Source: Cyanophyceae cyanobacterium (GTDB lineage Bacteria > Cyanobacteriota > Cyanobacteriia > Cyanobacteriales > Laspinemataceae). From it: DNA of 64,000 nt. The stretch covers positions 352,001 through 416,000 of the forward strand of contig JBBQFN010000001.1 of assembly GCA_038321985.1 (NCBI GenBank), given 5' to 3'. This document shows, one piece after another, positions 9,947-19,267 of the stretch. Both the position numbers and the translations under genes were made by a program. Within the stretch, counting starts at the first letter, position 1. Every line of letters begins with the position of its first letter. The notes under the pieces were generated by a model. It worked only from the letters and a program-made list of their open reading frames with translations, searched no databases and was not told where the DNA came from.

Positions 9947-11023
9947 TTAACCTTTAATTTTAGTAGGATGCCGATCTACAGCCAACTCAATCAATTGGTC
10001 TATTAATTCAGTAAAGGAAACACCCGTTGCCGCCCACAGTTGCGGGTACATACTCAATGAAGTAAAACCGGGTAGAGTATTAATTTCATTAATAAATAGC
10101 TCGCCGGTTGCTTCAACATAAAAAAAGTCCACGCGGCTCAATCCGGCACCATCAACCGCTTCAAAGGCACGGATTGCCATTTCCTGAATTTGAGCCGCGA
10201 CTGCCTCGGGTAATTCTGCTGGAATAAACAAGGAGGCTTTGCCGTCGGTATATTTGGTTTCATAGTCGTAAAAATCACTTTCATAAGTAATTTCTCCAAC
10301 CACAGAAGCCTTAGCATTATCATTCCCTAAGACGGCACATTCCACTTCGCGCGCTACGACTCCCGCCTCGACAATCAGGCGGCGATCGTAACTGGCTGCA
10401 CTATCTAAAGCGGCCTCTAATTCACTGCGCGATCGCACCTTAGAAATCCCCACAGACGAGCCTAAATTCGCCGGTTTCACAAAGCAGGGATACCCTAAAT
10501 TTTGCTCAATTTCATCACAGAGTTTCGGAAACATACCAGGGTTGGACCAAACCTGCGATCGGCTCACCGCCATATACTTAACTTGGGGCAAATCAGCCCG
10601 ACTAAACGCCGTTTTCATCGCTAATTTGTCCATCCCCACTGCCGAACCCATCACCCCCGTGCCAACAAAGGGGACCTGCATTAAACTCAGCAAACCTTGA
10701 ATTGTCCCATCTTCCCCATTGGGACCATGCAGAATCGGAAACCACACCTCAACCGTCCCCGCTTCTGCTGGAAATTGCCATAATTTGGCCCGATCGCCCG
10801 TCTCTCCCCCATCATTCCGGGGAACTCCCGCATCTAGCACCTGTTGCGCCACTGCTGGGGAGTGCCATAACCCGTCCTTGTCAATATAAAAGGGCAGAGT
10901 TTCGTATTTCTGGGCATTCGATTCCCCTGCCAATGCCTTGGCGATCGCCCTTGCTGAAACGATGGAGACCTCATGTTCTCCGGAACGACCGCCAAATAAT
11001 AATCCGACCCGCAACTTAGCCAT
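9947..11023 (-). CDS. ddl: D-alanine--D-alanine ligase
   Basis: [44 protein letters not shown] motifs. Confidence 0.97.
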   Translation of the reverse strand: MAKLRVGLLFGGRSGEHEVSIVSARAIAKALAGESNAQKYETLPFYIDKDGLWHSPAVAQQVLDAGVPRNDGGETGDRAKLWQFPAEAGTVEVWFPILHGPNGEDGTIQGLLSLMQVPFVGTGVMGSAVGMDKLAMKTAFSRADLPQVKYMAVSRSQVWSNPGMFPKLCDEIEQNLGYPCFVKPANLGSSVGISKVRSRSELEAALDSAASYDRRLIVEAGVVAREVECAVLGNDNAKASVVGEITYESDFYDYETKYTDGKASLFIPAELPEAVAAQIQEMAIRAFEAVDGAGLSRVDFFYVEATGELFINEINTLPGFTSLSMYPQLWAATGVSFTELIDQLIELAVDRHPTKIKG

Positions 11024-11190
11024 TGTTGACCCCTTTTAACCTTGGTGATTTTAGCTGTTAGAGTGGCAATCCATAACGGGATTCCAAACTCTTGCCTCTA
11101 AAATACGATGGACCGCATCCCTTGTCCGAGATACAGTAGCATAAGTTGTCGGATTTTTGCCCATCCTCGGCCTAGTCCCCTCAAAATCTG

Positions 11191-11637
11191 TTAGGGTTCT
11201 CTCAGCTTGTAGGCGCTACTGGCAGCGGTATCCAGCATCACCTGGGACCCGTCGCGATCGGTCCGATATACCCAAGTCTCTTCGCTATCGCTTGCGCTGA
11301 CTTCCCATCCAGACACGACAATTTGGGTGCAAAAACTGCCCGGTTCCGTCAATCCCAAACAGCCATCGGGCCAACTGCGCCGCTGCGCTGCCACAATCTC
11401 AAATTGCGATCGCCCTTCCCCAGTTTGTTCGGCAACCGCATCTAAGACTTTCTCGCTAATGGCTGACGGTAACTCCGCGATCGGCCCTGACTCGTTCTGA
11501 CTGCCATCAATTTGCACGATCTCACTGCCTTGTCCTGAAGTAACCGAGTTAGACTCTTGTGGGTTGACGAGAACCACTGCAATGCCGATTACCGCAATCA
11601 TTCCGATTCCCAAGAGGGCGATCGCTGGTTTATTCAT
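11191..11637 (-). CDS. Secreted or membrane-anchored hypothetical protein with WPDGCLG...CTQ motif
   Basis: N-terminal hydrophobic segment; two-Cys motif; RBS AAGGAG upstream. Confidence 0.8.
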   Translation of the reverse strand: MNKPAIALLGIGMIAVIGIAVVLVNPQESNSVTSGQGSEIVQIDGSQNESGPIAELPSAISEKVLDAVAEQTGEGRSQFEIVAAQRRSWPDGCLGLTEPGSFCTQIVVSGWEVSASDSEETWVYRTDRDGSQVMLDTAASSAYKLREP

Positions 11638-11956
11638 GAGTTTGCTGACTCCTTTTTATAAAAACTTGGTTTTTACAACCCTAACGTGCGCGGCCAAAAA
11701 AGATAGGCGCGGGGGGTTGTATTTATTGACTTAATTTGATATTATATTCATAATGGCATATTAACTTCAATAATAATTTTGCACAGATTTCTATTATAAA
11801 ATTAAATTTAACAAAGTCAATCCCTTTTGTCTAGTCCTTATCGCCCTTTTTTAGAGCAAAAATTGTAAATTTTTGTAAAAAAAGAAAAATCTAATCAGGA
11901 CCTTGAAATTGTGGGTTTATCGCTATCATGCAGTGAGCAACCAGGGAGAAAAAGTC

Positions 11957-12334
11957 ATGAGCTTAATCGGGAACATCATCTGGCTCATTTTTGGGGGATT
12001 CATCACCGGCCTGGGTTACATCATCGGAGGACTGGGGTTGTGTCTCACAATTGTGGGAATTCCCTTCGGATTGGCAACCATTAAACTGGGAATCGCCACT
12101 ATGACTCCTTTCGGAAGGGAAATTGTCGAGGATGACAATCCCAACAGTAACCTAAAGATTGTGTTAAACGTGATTTGGATTATCTTCTTTGGTTGGGAGA
12201 TTGCGATCGCGCACTTAGTCCTCGCTGCCTTCTTCTTCATAACCCTCATCGGACTACCCTTTGCCGAACAGCATTTCAAATTAGTGGCGATCGCGCTGTT
12301 TCCCTTTGGCCGAGACTTGAGAAAAGTGAGATAA
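11957..12334 (+). CDS. YccF-domain inner membrane protein
   Basis: Two repeats of N(I/V)IW.IF.GW/F ... (L/I)TI(V/I)G(I/L)PF ... PFGR; GGGAG RBS before ATG 11957. Confidence 0.88.
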   Translation: MSLIGNIIWLIFGGFITGLGYIIGGLGLCLTIVGIPFGLATIKLGIATMTPFGREIVEDDNPNSNLKIVLNVIWIIFFGWEIAIAHLVLAAFFFITLIGLPFAEQHFKLVAIALFPFGRDLRKVR

Positions 12335-12377
12335 AACTGAGATTTTGCATCCCTTCCCACAACCGGCGGGGGTTCAC

Positions 12378-12570
12378 ACCCTAGCCCTGTCAAAGTGTAT
12401 TTGTAGGGGCGCAATGCTTGCGCCCATGTAGGGGCGATTCGCGAATCGCCCCTACATTCCATCACGATTTTTCGTCATTAAATTGGTAATCAATTGAGGG
12501 CGCAAGCATTGCGCCCCTACGAAATCACGATTTTTCGTCATTAAATTTACTACATTGACAGGGCTAGGGT
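12378..12570. mobile_element. MITE-like element with 16-bp terminal inverted repeats, carrying GTAG-family REP palindromes
   Basis: ACCCTAGCCCTGTCAA (12378-12393) and TTGACAGGGCTAGGGT (12555-12570); internal GTAGGGGCG...CGCCCCTAC palindromes and duplicated ATCACGATTTTTCGTCATTAAATT. Confidence 0.65.
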
Positions 12571-12666
12571 TCAAACGATTTATCCCCCACCGGATGTTGT
12601 CTTGCGTAGCCGCCAATCGATTTATCCCCCGCCGGGTGTTGCCACTTGCGTACAGATGAACACAGC

Positions 12667-13995
12667 CTAACACTGTGCCTCTGACTCCAGCCCCTCCAAC
12701 CGCAGAAAATACACCCGCCCCGAATTATCTCCTGCCACCACCGTCACCCCATCCGACGCCATGCCACAGGAAAGCATCCCACCATCCCCAATAGACGTGG
12801 CTAACACTTCTCCCGTAGCCAAATCCCACAGTTTCAGGGTGTAATCCCAGGATGCAGAAACCGCTTGTTTGCTGTCCGGGGTGATGGCCACTGCATTTAC
12901 CGAGTTACTATACCCGGTGAGGGTAGCCAGTTGCTTTCGCGTTGCCAAGTCCCACAGTTTCAGGGTTTTATCATCGGATGCGGAAACAGCTTGTTTGCCG
13001 TCCGGGGTGATGGCCACTGCTTCTACCGAGTTACTATGCCCAGTGAGGGTAGCCAGTTGCTTTCGCGTTGCCAAATCCCACAGTTTCAGGGTCTTATCCC
13101 AGGATGCAGAAACCGCTTGTTTGCCGTCCGGGGTGATGGCCACTGCTCGTACCCAGTCACGATGTCCCGTGAGGGTGGCCAGTTCCGACCCCGTTGCCAA
13201 ATCCCACAGTTTCAGGGTGTTATCCCTGGATGCGGAAACCGCTTGTTTGCCGTCCGGGGTGATGGCCACTGCTTCTACCGAGCTACTATGCCCAGTGAGG
13301 GTGGCCAGTTCCGACCCCGTTGCCAAATCCCACAGTTTCAGGGTGTTATTCCAGGATGCGGAAACCGCTTGTTTGCCGTCCGGGGTGATGGCCACTGCAA
13401 GTACCAAGCTACTATGCCCAGAGAGGGTGGCCAGTTCCGACCCTGTAGCCAAATCCCACAGTTTCAGGGTGTTATCGTAGGATGCGGAAACCGCTTGTTT
13501 GCCGTCCGGGGTGATGGCCACTGCATTTACCTCGCTACTATGCCCAGTGAGGGTGCGAAGCAGGGGGCCTCCGGGTGGAGTGAGATGAGCCGTCAGGGGA
13601 CGAAACCAGAGTTTTCCTGGCCCTTGTTTCGCTTGTTGCAGTAGGGCTAGAATCTCTGGGTCAGAAAATGACAACAACCGCCCCAACAACTGCCCCGCTA
13701 ACTGGCTATTATCCTCTACCAGCACATGAGCCGAGAGCTGTAGCGCCCCTTGAATCCGTTTTAACCCCGGTTGCTCCTCTGCTGGCAGCAACGGCAAGAG
13801 TAAATCATAATCATCAATCAGGGCGGTGATTCCCACTGCGCCTAACTTTTGCTCCAAAAAGCCCCAATCCGTTAACCAGGCTTTCATCCGCTGCACCCGT
13901 TTTCCCTTGGCCCATATACCGATTTGGTTGCGTAGTATATACAGCCGTTTTTGAGAGGACTGTTGCTGAATCCAATCTCCTAATTTTGTCGTCAT
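12667..13995 (-). CDS. APAF-1-like helical domain plus WD40 beta-propeller with highly conserved internal repeats
   Basis: WLTDWGFLEQKL...LIDDYD...IQGALQLSAHVL...QLAGQLLGRLL helical domain, then six near-identical 42-aa WD40 repeats and a degenerate last one. Confidence 0.88.
   Translation of the reverse strand: MTTKLGDWIQQQSSQKRLYILRNQIGIWAKGKRVQRMKAWLTDWGFLEQKLGAVGITALIDDYDLLLPLLPAEEQPGLKRIQGALQLSAHVLVEDNSQLAGQLLGRLLSFSDPEILALLQQAKQGPGKLWFRPLTAHLTPPGGPLLRTLTGHSSEVNAVAITPDGKQAVSASYDNTLKLWDLATGSELATLSGHSSLVLAVAITPDGKQAVSASWNNTLKLWDLATGSELATLTGHSSSVEAVAITPDGKQAVSASRDNTLKLWDLATGSELATLTGHRDWVRAVAITPDGKQAVSASWDKTLKLWDLATRKQLATLTGHSNSVEAVAITPDGKQAVSASDDKTLKLWDLATRKQLATLTGYSNSVNAVAITPDSKQAVSASWDYTLKLWDLATGEVLATSIGDGGMLSCGMASDGVTVVAGDNSGRVYFLRLEGLESEAQC
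12810..13555 (-). repeat. Six tandem 126-bp near-identical WD40-coding units
   Basis: GC(C/T)GTCCGGGGTGATGGCCACTGC recurs at 12871, 12997, 13123, 13249, 13375 and 13501. Confidence 0.95.
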
Positions 13996-15914
13996 AGGGG
14001 CGCTCCATCGGCTAGATTGTCACCCATGCGCCGGTTAATATCTTCTAAATCAATGCCTGAATCTTCCGCTTGCTCATTGAGAAAGTCGCTGAACGACGCA
14101 TGATAAACGCTGTAGCACTTTTCTCTCTCAATCATTTGAAAGCGCAAAAACTGCTCCCATTCTTCCAAAACTGAATGCACGCGAGATTTTGAGAGGCCCG
14201 CTAACTCCGCTAATAACGGGCGGGAAACAGGTTCAGGAGATTCTGAGAGAACATAAATGATGCGAATTTTATCAATGGGGAACGGGTCGGTATTCATCCC
14301 CATCAATCGCCAATGTTTTTGATAATACCGTTTCAACCCGAAGGGCAAACTGTCCAGGGTTTCACTCTCACACAGTCCTTTGTCAATGTCATTCAAGACA
14401 TAGCGCAAATACATAAAATTATTTTCACTTTTCGCCACCAGTTCCGTAAAAAACTGCTCGGGGGTGGAGTGGCGCGATGTCACCCAGTCCTGAATCTGGG
14501 GACTCTGCTGCCAGCATTTCTCGGCGTAGTGACGGGCATCCCGCGCACTTTCTGCGGGATACTGCATTAAATCAAAGGTGATATCATAGTCAGTCAGGGG
14601 CAGGGGCAGTTGTTTCGGGCGTTTGGAGAGGATAAAATAGACCTGATCCGGTAGGGAATCGGGTAAATAGAGGAGATTACTGCCCGGGGTTTGGCTGGAG
14701 GCATCCACCTCATCTAAGGCATCCACCACCACAATTAATTTTTGTCCCGGGGGTAAGGTTTTACTCGCTTCCCCCAACAATCGGGCTAACACATTGCCAT
14801 CTTCTGTCGTCTTTTCTGGCAACTGAGGATAATCCAGGTGATAGCCCTCAATCAGTTGTCTGCAAATATTTTCCAGGAATTGTTGCGGTTTAATTATCCC
14901 TTGGGCTTGAATATTAAAATGAGTGAGACAGCGCCCTTGCCATACTTCGACTAATTTGGCGAGAATGGCACTTTTCCCCACTCCCGGGTCAGCTTCCAGG
15001 ATAAAATAGCCCTTGGGATTCTTTTGCAAAAAGTCCCGAATCGCGGCAAATACATATTTGCGCCCGACAAAATCTTGGATTTTCTCAGCAATCAGGGTTT
15101 CACATTCTTGAGGAATCGGTAAGCGGGGTTTGGTGAGGTCAAAATACTGCTGTAAAGTTCCCCGCAGTTGGCCCAGTTCGTCTCGGATGCCGGTATCTAA
15201 GTGGGTTAAAATCTGGATGATATCTTGTTGTTTGAGCGCCTGTTGGTGGGTTTGGGCGAGATTATCCCGGAGTAAATCCAACACCATCCCACTAAAAGCC
15301 GGTCCCCCTTCCCGGGCATCTTGTTTCAAGACTTCCCGCAGGTTATGGGAAAACCGTTCATAGAGATGTTGACTAATGGCATCGATGGCATCTTGGTATT
15401 CGCTAACCTCTGCGGGTAAATGGGGTTGGTGTTGTTCCATCAACCAGGTAATCAGCTTTTGCCAACTGTCTACATCCAGAGTGGCGATCGCGATTTGAGC
15501 AGCATTAGCGGCGAAAACATAGCGCAACTGGGGTTCTCGAATGGGGAGATAGTCCCCGGGAGTCTGGCGATCGCGCTCAATTTGGAGCCAGTATTGTTCC
15601 GTTTCCCGGGCTAAACTCTTTAATACTGGGGCAATATCGCGATATTCGTCTTCTTGGGAGATGTGGAGAATTCCCAAGGCGATCGCCCTTCCTGCCGCTT
15701 TGGGTAAATCTTCATTGGTTAAAACTTGGGAACTATCCCGCAGTTTTTTAGCCAAATCCAGTAATTTGGTAGCCGCCATGCTATTGAGTAGGGGTGAAGC
15801 AAACTCCGCGAACATGGGAATTGCCGTTGCGCCACCCGCTACCACGGACCCGATGGAGAGTAAGGCGGTTACTCCTAAAAGTAGCTTATGTTCTTTAATA
15901 ATGTGAAGCACCAT
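13992..15914 (-). CDS. STAND (NACHT/NB-ARC-like) P-loop NTPase with unknown N-terminal domain
   Basis: FVGR pre-Walker motif, Walker A ADPGVGKS, Walker B LIVVVDALDE, LP.GL..YY and YSVYHASF.DFL winged-helix end. Confidence 0.85.
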   Translation of the reverse strand: MVLHIIKEHKLLLGVTALLSIGSVVAGGATAIPMFAEFASPLLNSMAATKLLDLAKKLRDSSQVLTNEDLPKAAGRAIALGILHISQEDEYRDIAPVLKSLARETEQYWLQIERDRQTPGDYLPIREPQLRYVFAANAAQIAIATLDVDSWQKLITWLMEQHQPHLPAEVSEYQDAIDAISQHLYERFSHNLREVLKQDAREGGPAFSGMVLDLLRDNLAQTHQQALKQQDIIQILTHLDTGIRDELGQLRGTLQQYFDLTKPRLPIPQECETLIAEKIQDFVGRKYVFAAIRDFLQKNPKGYFILEADPGVGKSAILAKLVEVWQGRCLTHFNIQAQGIIKPQQFLENICRQLIEGYHLDYPQLPEKTTEDGNVLARLLGEASKTLPPGQKLIVVVDALDEVDASSQTPGSNLLYLPDSLPDQVYFILSKRPKQLPLPLTDYDITFDLMQYPAESARDARHYAEKCWQQSPQIQDWVTSRHSTPEQFFTELVAKSENNFMYLRYVLNDIDKGLCESETLDSLPFGLKRYYQKHWRLMGMNTDPFPIDKIRIIYVLSESPEPVSRPLLAELAGLSKSRVHSVLEEWEQFLRFQMIEREKCYSVYHASFSDFLNEQAEDSGIDLEDINRRMGDNLADGAPL

Positions 15915-15960
15915 AAGGAAGGCAAGGGGTATTAAGGGTGGGCAAAGCTGTTTTATTGTA

Positions 15961-16208
15961 CCCTTGGCAACCCACCCAGAAACCGGGTTTGATGCATAAC
16001 TGTTGCTACTTATTGAGAGTTGATGAAGAAACCCGGTTTCTCAACCCTTGGCAACCCACTCAGAAACCGGGTTTCTGCGAGCACTTTTGCTACATCAACC
16101 AGATTGTTGAAAGAAACCCGGTTTCTCAACCCTTGGTAAATCACCCAGAAACCGGGTTTCTGCGATAACTTTTGCTACATCAACCAGATTGTCGAAAGAA
16201 ACCCGGTT
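15961..16208. repeat. Three tandem 84-85-bp units, each with inverted AGAAACCGGGTTT / AGAAACCCGGTT arms
   Basis: Units start at 15961, 16045 and 16130; a solitary related copy lies at 28377-28439. Confidence 0.9.
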
Positions 16209-16224
16209 GATTGATGTTTTTGAA

Positions 16225-16749
16225 TTAGGAAGAACTCTTCACAGTCATCGGGACATCCGATCGCCGGTTAGTCCAGATTCCTCCAGGTTCCAGTGTAACC
16301 AGCCGATTATTAGGGGTAAATAACTCCCAATAGGACAAGTCAAAATTATCCTCTAAGTCGGGAAATACTTTCAACTGATAGCCATTACTGAATACCACAA
16401 TCAGCACTAAATCCGGATAGTTTGTTTCAACAGCCGTGATAGTTGTGCCTTCAATAACTTTCACTTTCTCCTTAAACACTTCTGCGGGTTCTACTGTACT
16501 GGTAATGATGCCACTAGCCGATTCCAGCCTCCACTCAGAACCCCTTGTCCCTAATATCCATTCTCCTTGATATTTACCCGCCATCACTTTCTGCTTATAA
16601 GGAATTTTCCCTCCAATATCCAGGGTTAGTTCATCCCCATAGCTGAGACTAGCTGACCAACAGATTTGACCAATAATGCTACGAATAAGCTGTTTTAGCT
16701 CAGTTAAATCTGCATTTCCAGCGATTTTTTTAAGGGTGTCTAATGACAT
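16225..16749 (-). CDS. Hypothetical protein (possible immunity-type protein)
   Basis: 174-aa AT-rich ORF with GAGG RBS; beta-rich and Trp-rich. Function is inferred only. Confidence 0.7.
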   Translation of the reverse strand: MSLDTLKKIAGNADLTELKQLIRSIIGQICWSASLSYGDELTLDIGGKIPYKQKVMAGKYQGEWILGTRGSEWRLESASGIITSTVEPAEVFKEKVKVIEGTTITAVETNYPDLVLIVVFSNGYQLKVFPDLEDNFDLSYWELFTPNNRLVTLEPGGIWTNRRSDVPMTVKSSS

Positions 16750-16989
16750 AATAAACCTCTTATAATTAAAGGAATTCAGAGAACCTATCAAAGTAATAAT
16801 GTAGAACGGTTAATAATCCTAAATTTATTACCCTAAAATTATTTCCGTTAAAATAGTTGAAATTCGCACTTTTTATGGGGGTCCAAATCTGTTGAATTCA
16901 AATTCATAAAAAATACCTATTATCTGAATTGCTGCAAAAACTATCCTTAGCCGAAATGGGTCCAAATCTTGTCTCTACAAGTCCCTTAT

Positions 16990-17190
16990 TTACAAGTCTA
17001 TTCCTAAGAATTCCCGAGCCTTTTCTCTTAATTCTTCATAATTAAAATCACCTCTGCCATTTTTCGTGCCGCCATATCCGGCCTCTTTTTCATTTTCCAG
17101 GAAGTTTCCGAATTCTTTTCGTTCGGCTGCTGTCATATTAAATTCTTTGGCGATATTGTTAACTTGCTGAAGGTCTTTTTTAGGGGCCAT
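16990..17190 (-). CDS. Small charged hypothetical protein (66 aa)
   Basis: Clean ATG-TAA ORF directly after pdxA; helical charged composition with GTKNGRGDFNYEEL. Confidence 0.7.
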   Translation of the reverse strand: MAPKKDLQQVNNIAKEFNMTAAERKEFGNFLENEKEAGYGGTKNGRGDFNYEELREKAREFLGIDL

Positions 17191-17223
17191 TGCCTTGAAT
17201 GGGCATCATTTGCTGTCTACTTT

Positions 17224-18270
17224 TTATCTTTCACCCCCATTCATTCGCTGACTTCCTAACTCAGCGGCTAACTGCAACGCAGATTTCATACTAGCACAAT
17301 CGGCGATGCCTTTTCCGGCGATATCGAAGGCGGTGCCGTGGTCGGGGGAGGTGCGGATAAAGGGCAGGCCGATGGTGGTGTTGACGGCTTTATCAAAGGC
17401 CATTAATTTGACGGGAATTAAGCCTTGGTCATGGTAGAGGGCAAGATAGGCATCATGGGCATTTGTAGCGCTTCCAAACCAGGCTTGACCCGGTTTTACC
17501 CAGAGGGTATCCGGGGGGATTGGTCCATCAATTGTGGCTTGAGGATGGATGATTTGTTGTTGTTTAATCCAGGGGATTAACCATTCTTTTTCTTCGGTGC
17601 CGAGTTGCCCATTTTCTCCACTGTGGGGGTTGAGTCCGGAGATGGCAATGCGCGGGGTTTGGATGCCGAAGTCTTGGCGCAGGCATTCAATTAAAAGGTC
17701 TAGTTTCCAGGTGAGGAGTTCCGGGGTGAGGGCGTCGGGAACTTGGCGCAAGGGAATGTGGGTGGTGGCGAGGAGGGTACGCAGGGTCCAGCCGCTGTGG
17801 GGGGATTTGGCGACGAATAGCATTCCGAACCGTTTGATTTGGGCACTTTCGGCGAGAAGTTCGGTTTGTCCGGGATAGGGATGTCCGGCGGCTTTCCAGC
17901 AGGTTTTGGCGATGGGTCCGGTGACGATCGCCTGGAAGTCTCCGGCAAGGGTTCGGGCGATCGCCTCTTTCATGTAAGCAAAACTAGCGCCACCGGATGC
18001 GGCATTGCCGGTCCCGAGGGCGATCGCCTCTTGGTTGAGGTCAATATTTAGGATAGGAAACTGTTCAGGATCGGCGATCGCTGTTTGTTGCTTGAGTTGT
18101 TGATAACACTCTTGCAGCAGCTTCCGACTGCCGACGAGGGTGATTTGGCAATTTTGGGCGATTTCAGGGTCTGCTAGGGCTTTGAGGATGACTTCGGCAC
18201 CTATTCCGGCAGGGTCTCCCAGGGTGACGACGAGATGGGGACGGTTGGGGGTTGAGGGTTGGCTTTCCAT
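17224..18270 (-). CDS. pdxA: 4-hydroxythreonine-4-phosphate dehydrogenase
   Basis: [41 protein letters not shown] motifs. Confidence 0.96.
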   Translation of the reverse strand: MESQPSTPNRPHLVVTLGDPAGIGAEVILKALADPEIAQNCQITLVGSRKLLQECYQQLKQQTAIADPEQFPILNIDLNQEAIALGTGNAASGGASFAYMKEAIARTLAGDFQAIVTGPIAKTCWKAAGHPYPGQTELLAESAQIKRFGMLFVAKSPHSGWTLRTLLATTHIPLRQVPDALTPELLTWKLDLLIECLRQDFGIQTPRIAISGLNPHSGENGQLGTEEKEWLIPWIKQQQIIHPQATIDGPIPPDTLWVKPGQAWFGSATNAHDAYLALYHDQGLIPVKLMAFDKAVNTTIGLPFIRTSPDHGTAFDIAGKGIADCASMKSALQLAAELGSQRMNGGER

Positions 18271-18562
18271 GAGGGTTCTAGGTGGCGATCGCAGATTTAG
18301 GCAACTCTTTCTGATTATTCAGCGTACTGGACAACTTGCTGTTGTGGGTTACGGACTGAATTTCATCTTTTTTTGGAATGGGTCCGATGGGGGTTTTTTC
18401 TTAAAACTTAACAATTTTAATGAGGCGTCCTTCTTTTAAGATGATAATATATAAGGGGATAACTGTTTAGGACTATTTTAAATTTTTAGAGCAATCGCTC
18501 TTCTTTATAGTGGATAAACAGTAGGCAAACAATCCCCTTAAAATCAAAACGGTTGTATCGTC

Positions 18563-19132
18563 ATGAATCACCCGAAATCTAATGAGCATGAGTCAATTTA
18601 TCAGCTCAAAGTTACCATAAAAGAAAGCGATCCACCGATTTGGCGCGAAATTCAGGTGCGGAGTCATATTACTCTTTATAAAGTCCAGCGGATTTTACAG
18701 GTGGTGATGGGATGGGGAAATACCCATCTCCATCAATTCACAATTGATGGAACTTGTTACGGTCAATCTCACCCGGAATATGGCTTAGAAATGAAAACAG
18801 AGCGCAGGGCGAGATTAGATGAATTGGTGCCCGAAGAGAATACCAGCTTTCTCTATGAATATAATTTAGATGATAGCTGGATGCATGAAATTACTGTAGA
18901 AAAAATTCTGGAACCGACTCCTGGGGTACATTATCCCCGGTGTGTGGCAGGAGAGCGCGCTTGTCCTCCAGAAGAATGTGGCGGCATTCGCGGCTATGGG
19001 GAGGTGTTAGAAATCCTCAAAAATCCTGAAGATCCCGATTATCTAGAAACTTTGAAATGGATCAGCAAAGATTTCGACCCCGAGGCATTTGAAATCGATG
19101 AAGTGAATCGGCAACTTAAATCGATTCGATAA
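18563..19132 (+). CDS. pRiA4b ORF-3-like family protein
   Basis: YQLKVT....PPIWR.I.V, MGW...HLH.F, YEY..DDSW.HEI, GERACPPEECGG motifs. Confidence 0.88.
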   Translation: MNHPKSNEHESIYQLKVTIKESDPPIWREIQVRSHITLYKVQRILQVVMGWGNTHLHQFTIDGTCYGQSHPEYGLEMKTERRARLDELVPEENTSFLYEYNLDDSWMHEITVEKILEPTPGVHYPRCVAGERACPPEECGGIRGYGEVLEILKNPEDPDYLETLKWISKDFDPEAFEIDEVNRQLKSIR

Positions 19133-19267
19133 CCCTGGGGGAATTTGTGGGGAAATTGAACTGCTGCAAAACTCCGTAAGGGAGTAATAGCGACTATCCA
19201 AGTGGTGAATAGTTGAAAGCCAAATAAAACAGTTAAAGCCGCACAAAAAAACGAAATAAACTCCGTT

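Noticed and set aside
12810..13555. Diversity-generating retroelement template/variable repeat pair
   Set aside because: No reverse transcriptase in the window, all repeats are in-frame coding units, and differences are not clearly adenine-restricted.
12865..13644. Long plus-strand repetitive ORFs (259 aa and 203 aa)
   Set aside because: Antisense shadows of the WD40 repeat gene; they stay open only because of the 126-bp periodicity.
15961..16208. Possible CRISPR array
   Set aside because: Interiors of units 2 and 3 are nearly identical rather than unique spacers, the arms alternate in orientation, and no cas genes are present.
18271..18562. Small petM-like gene next to pdxA
   Set aside because: No ORF with a PetM-like sequence was found; the region looks like an AT-rich divergent promoter.
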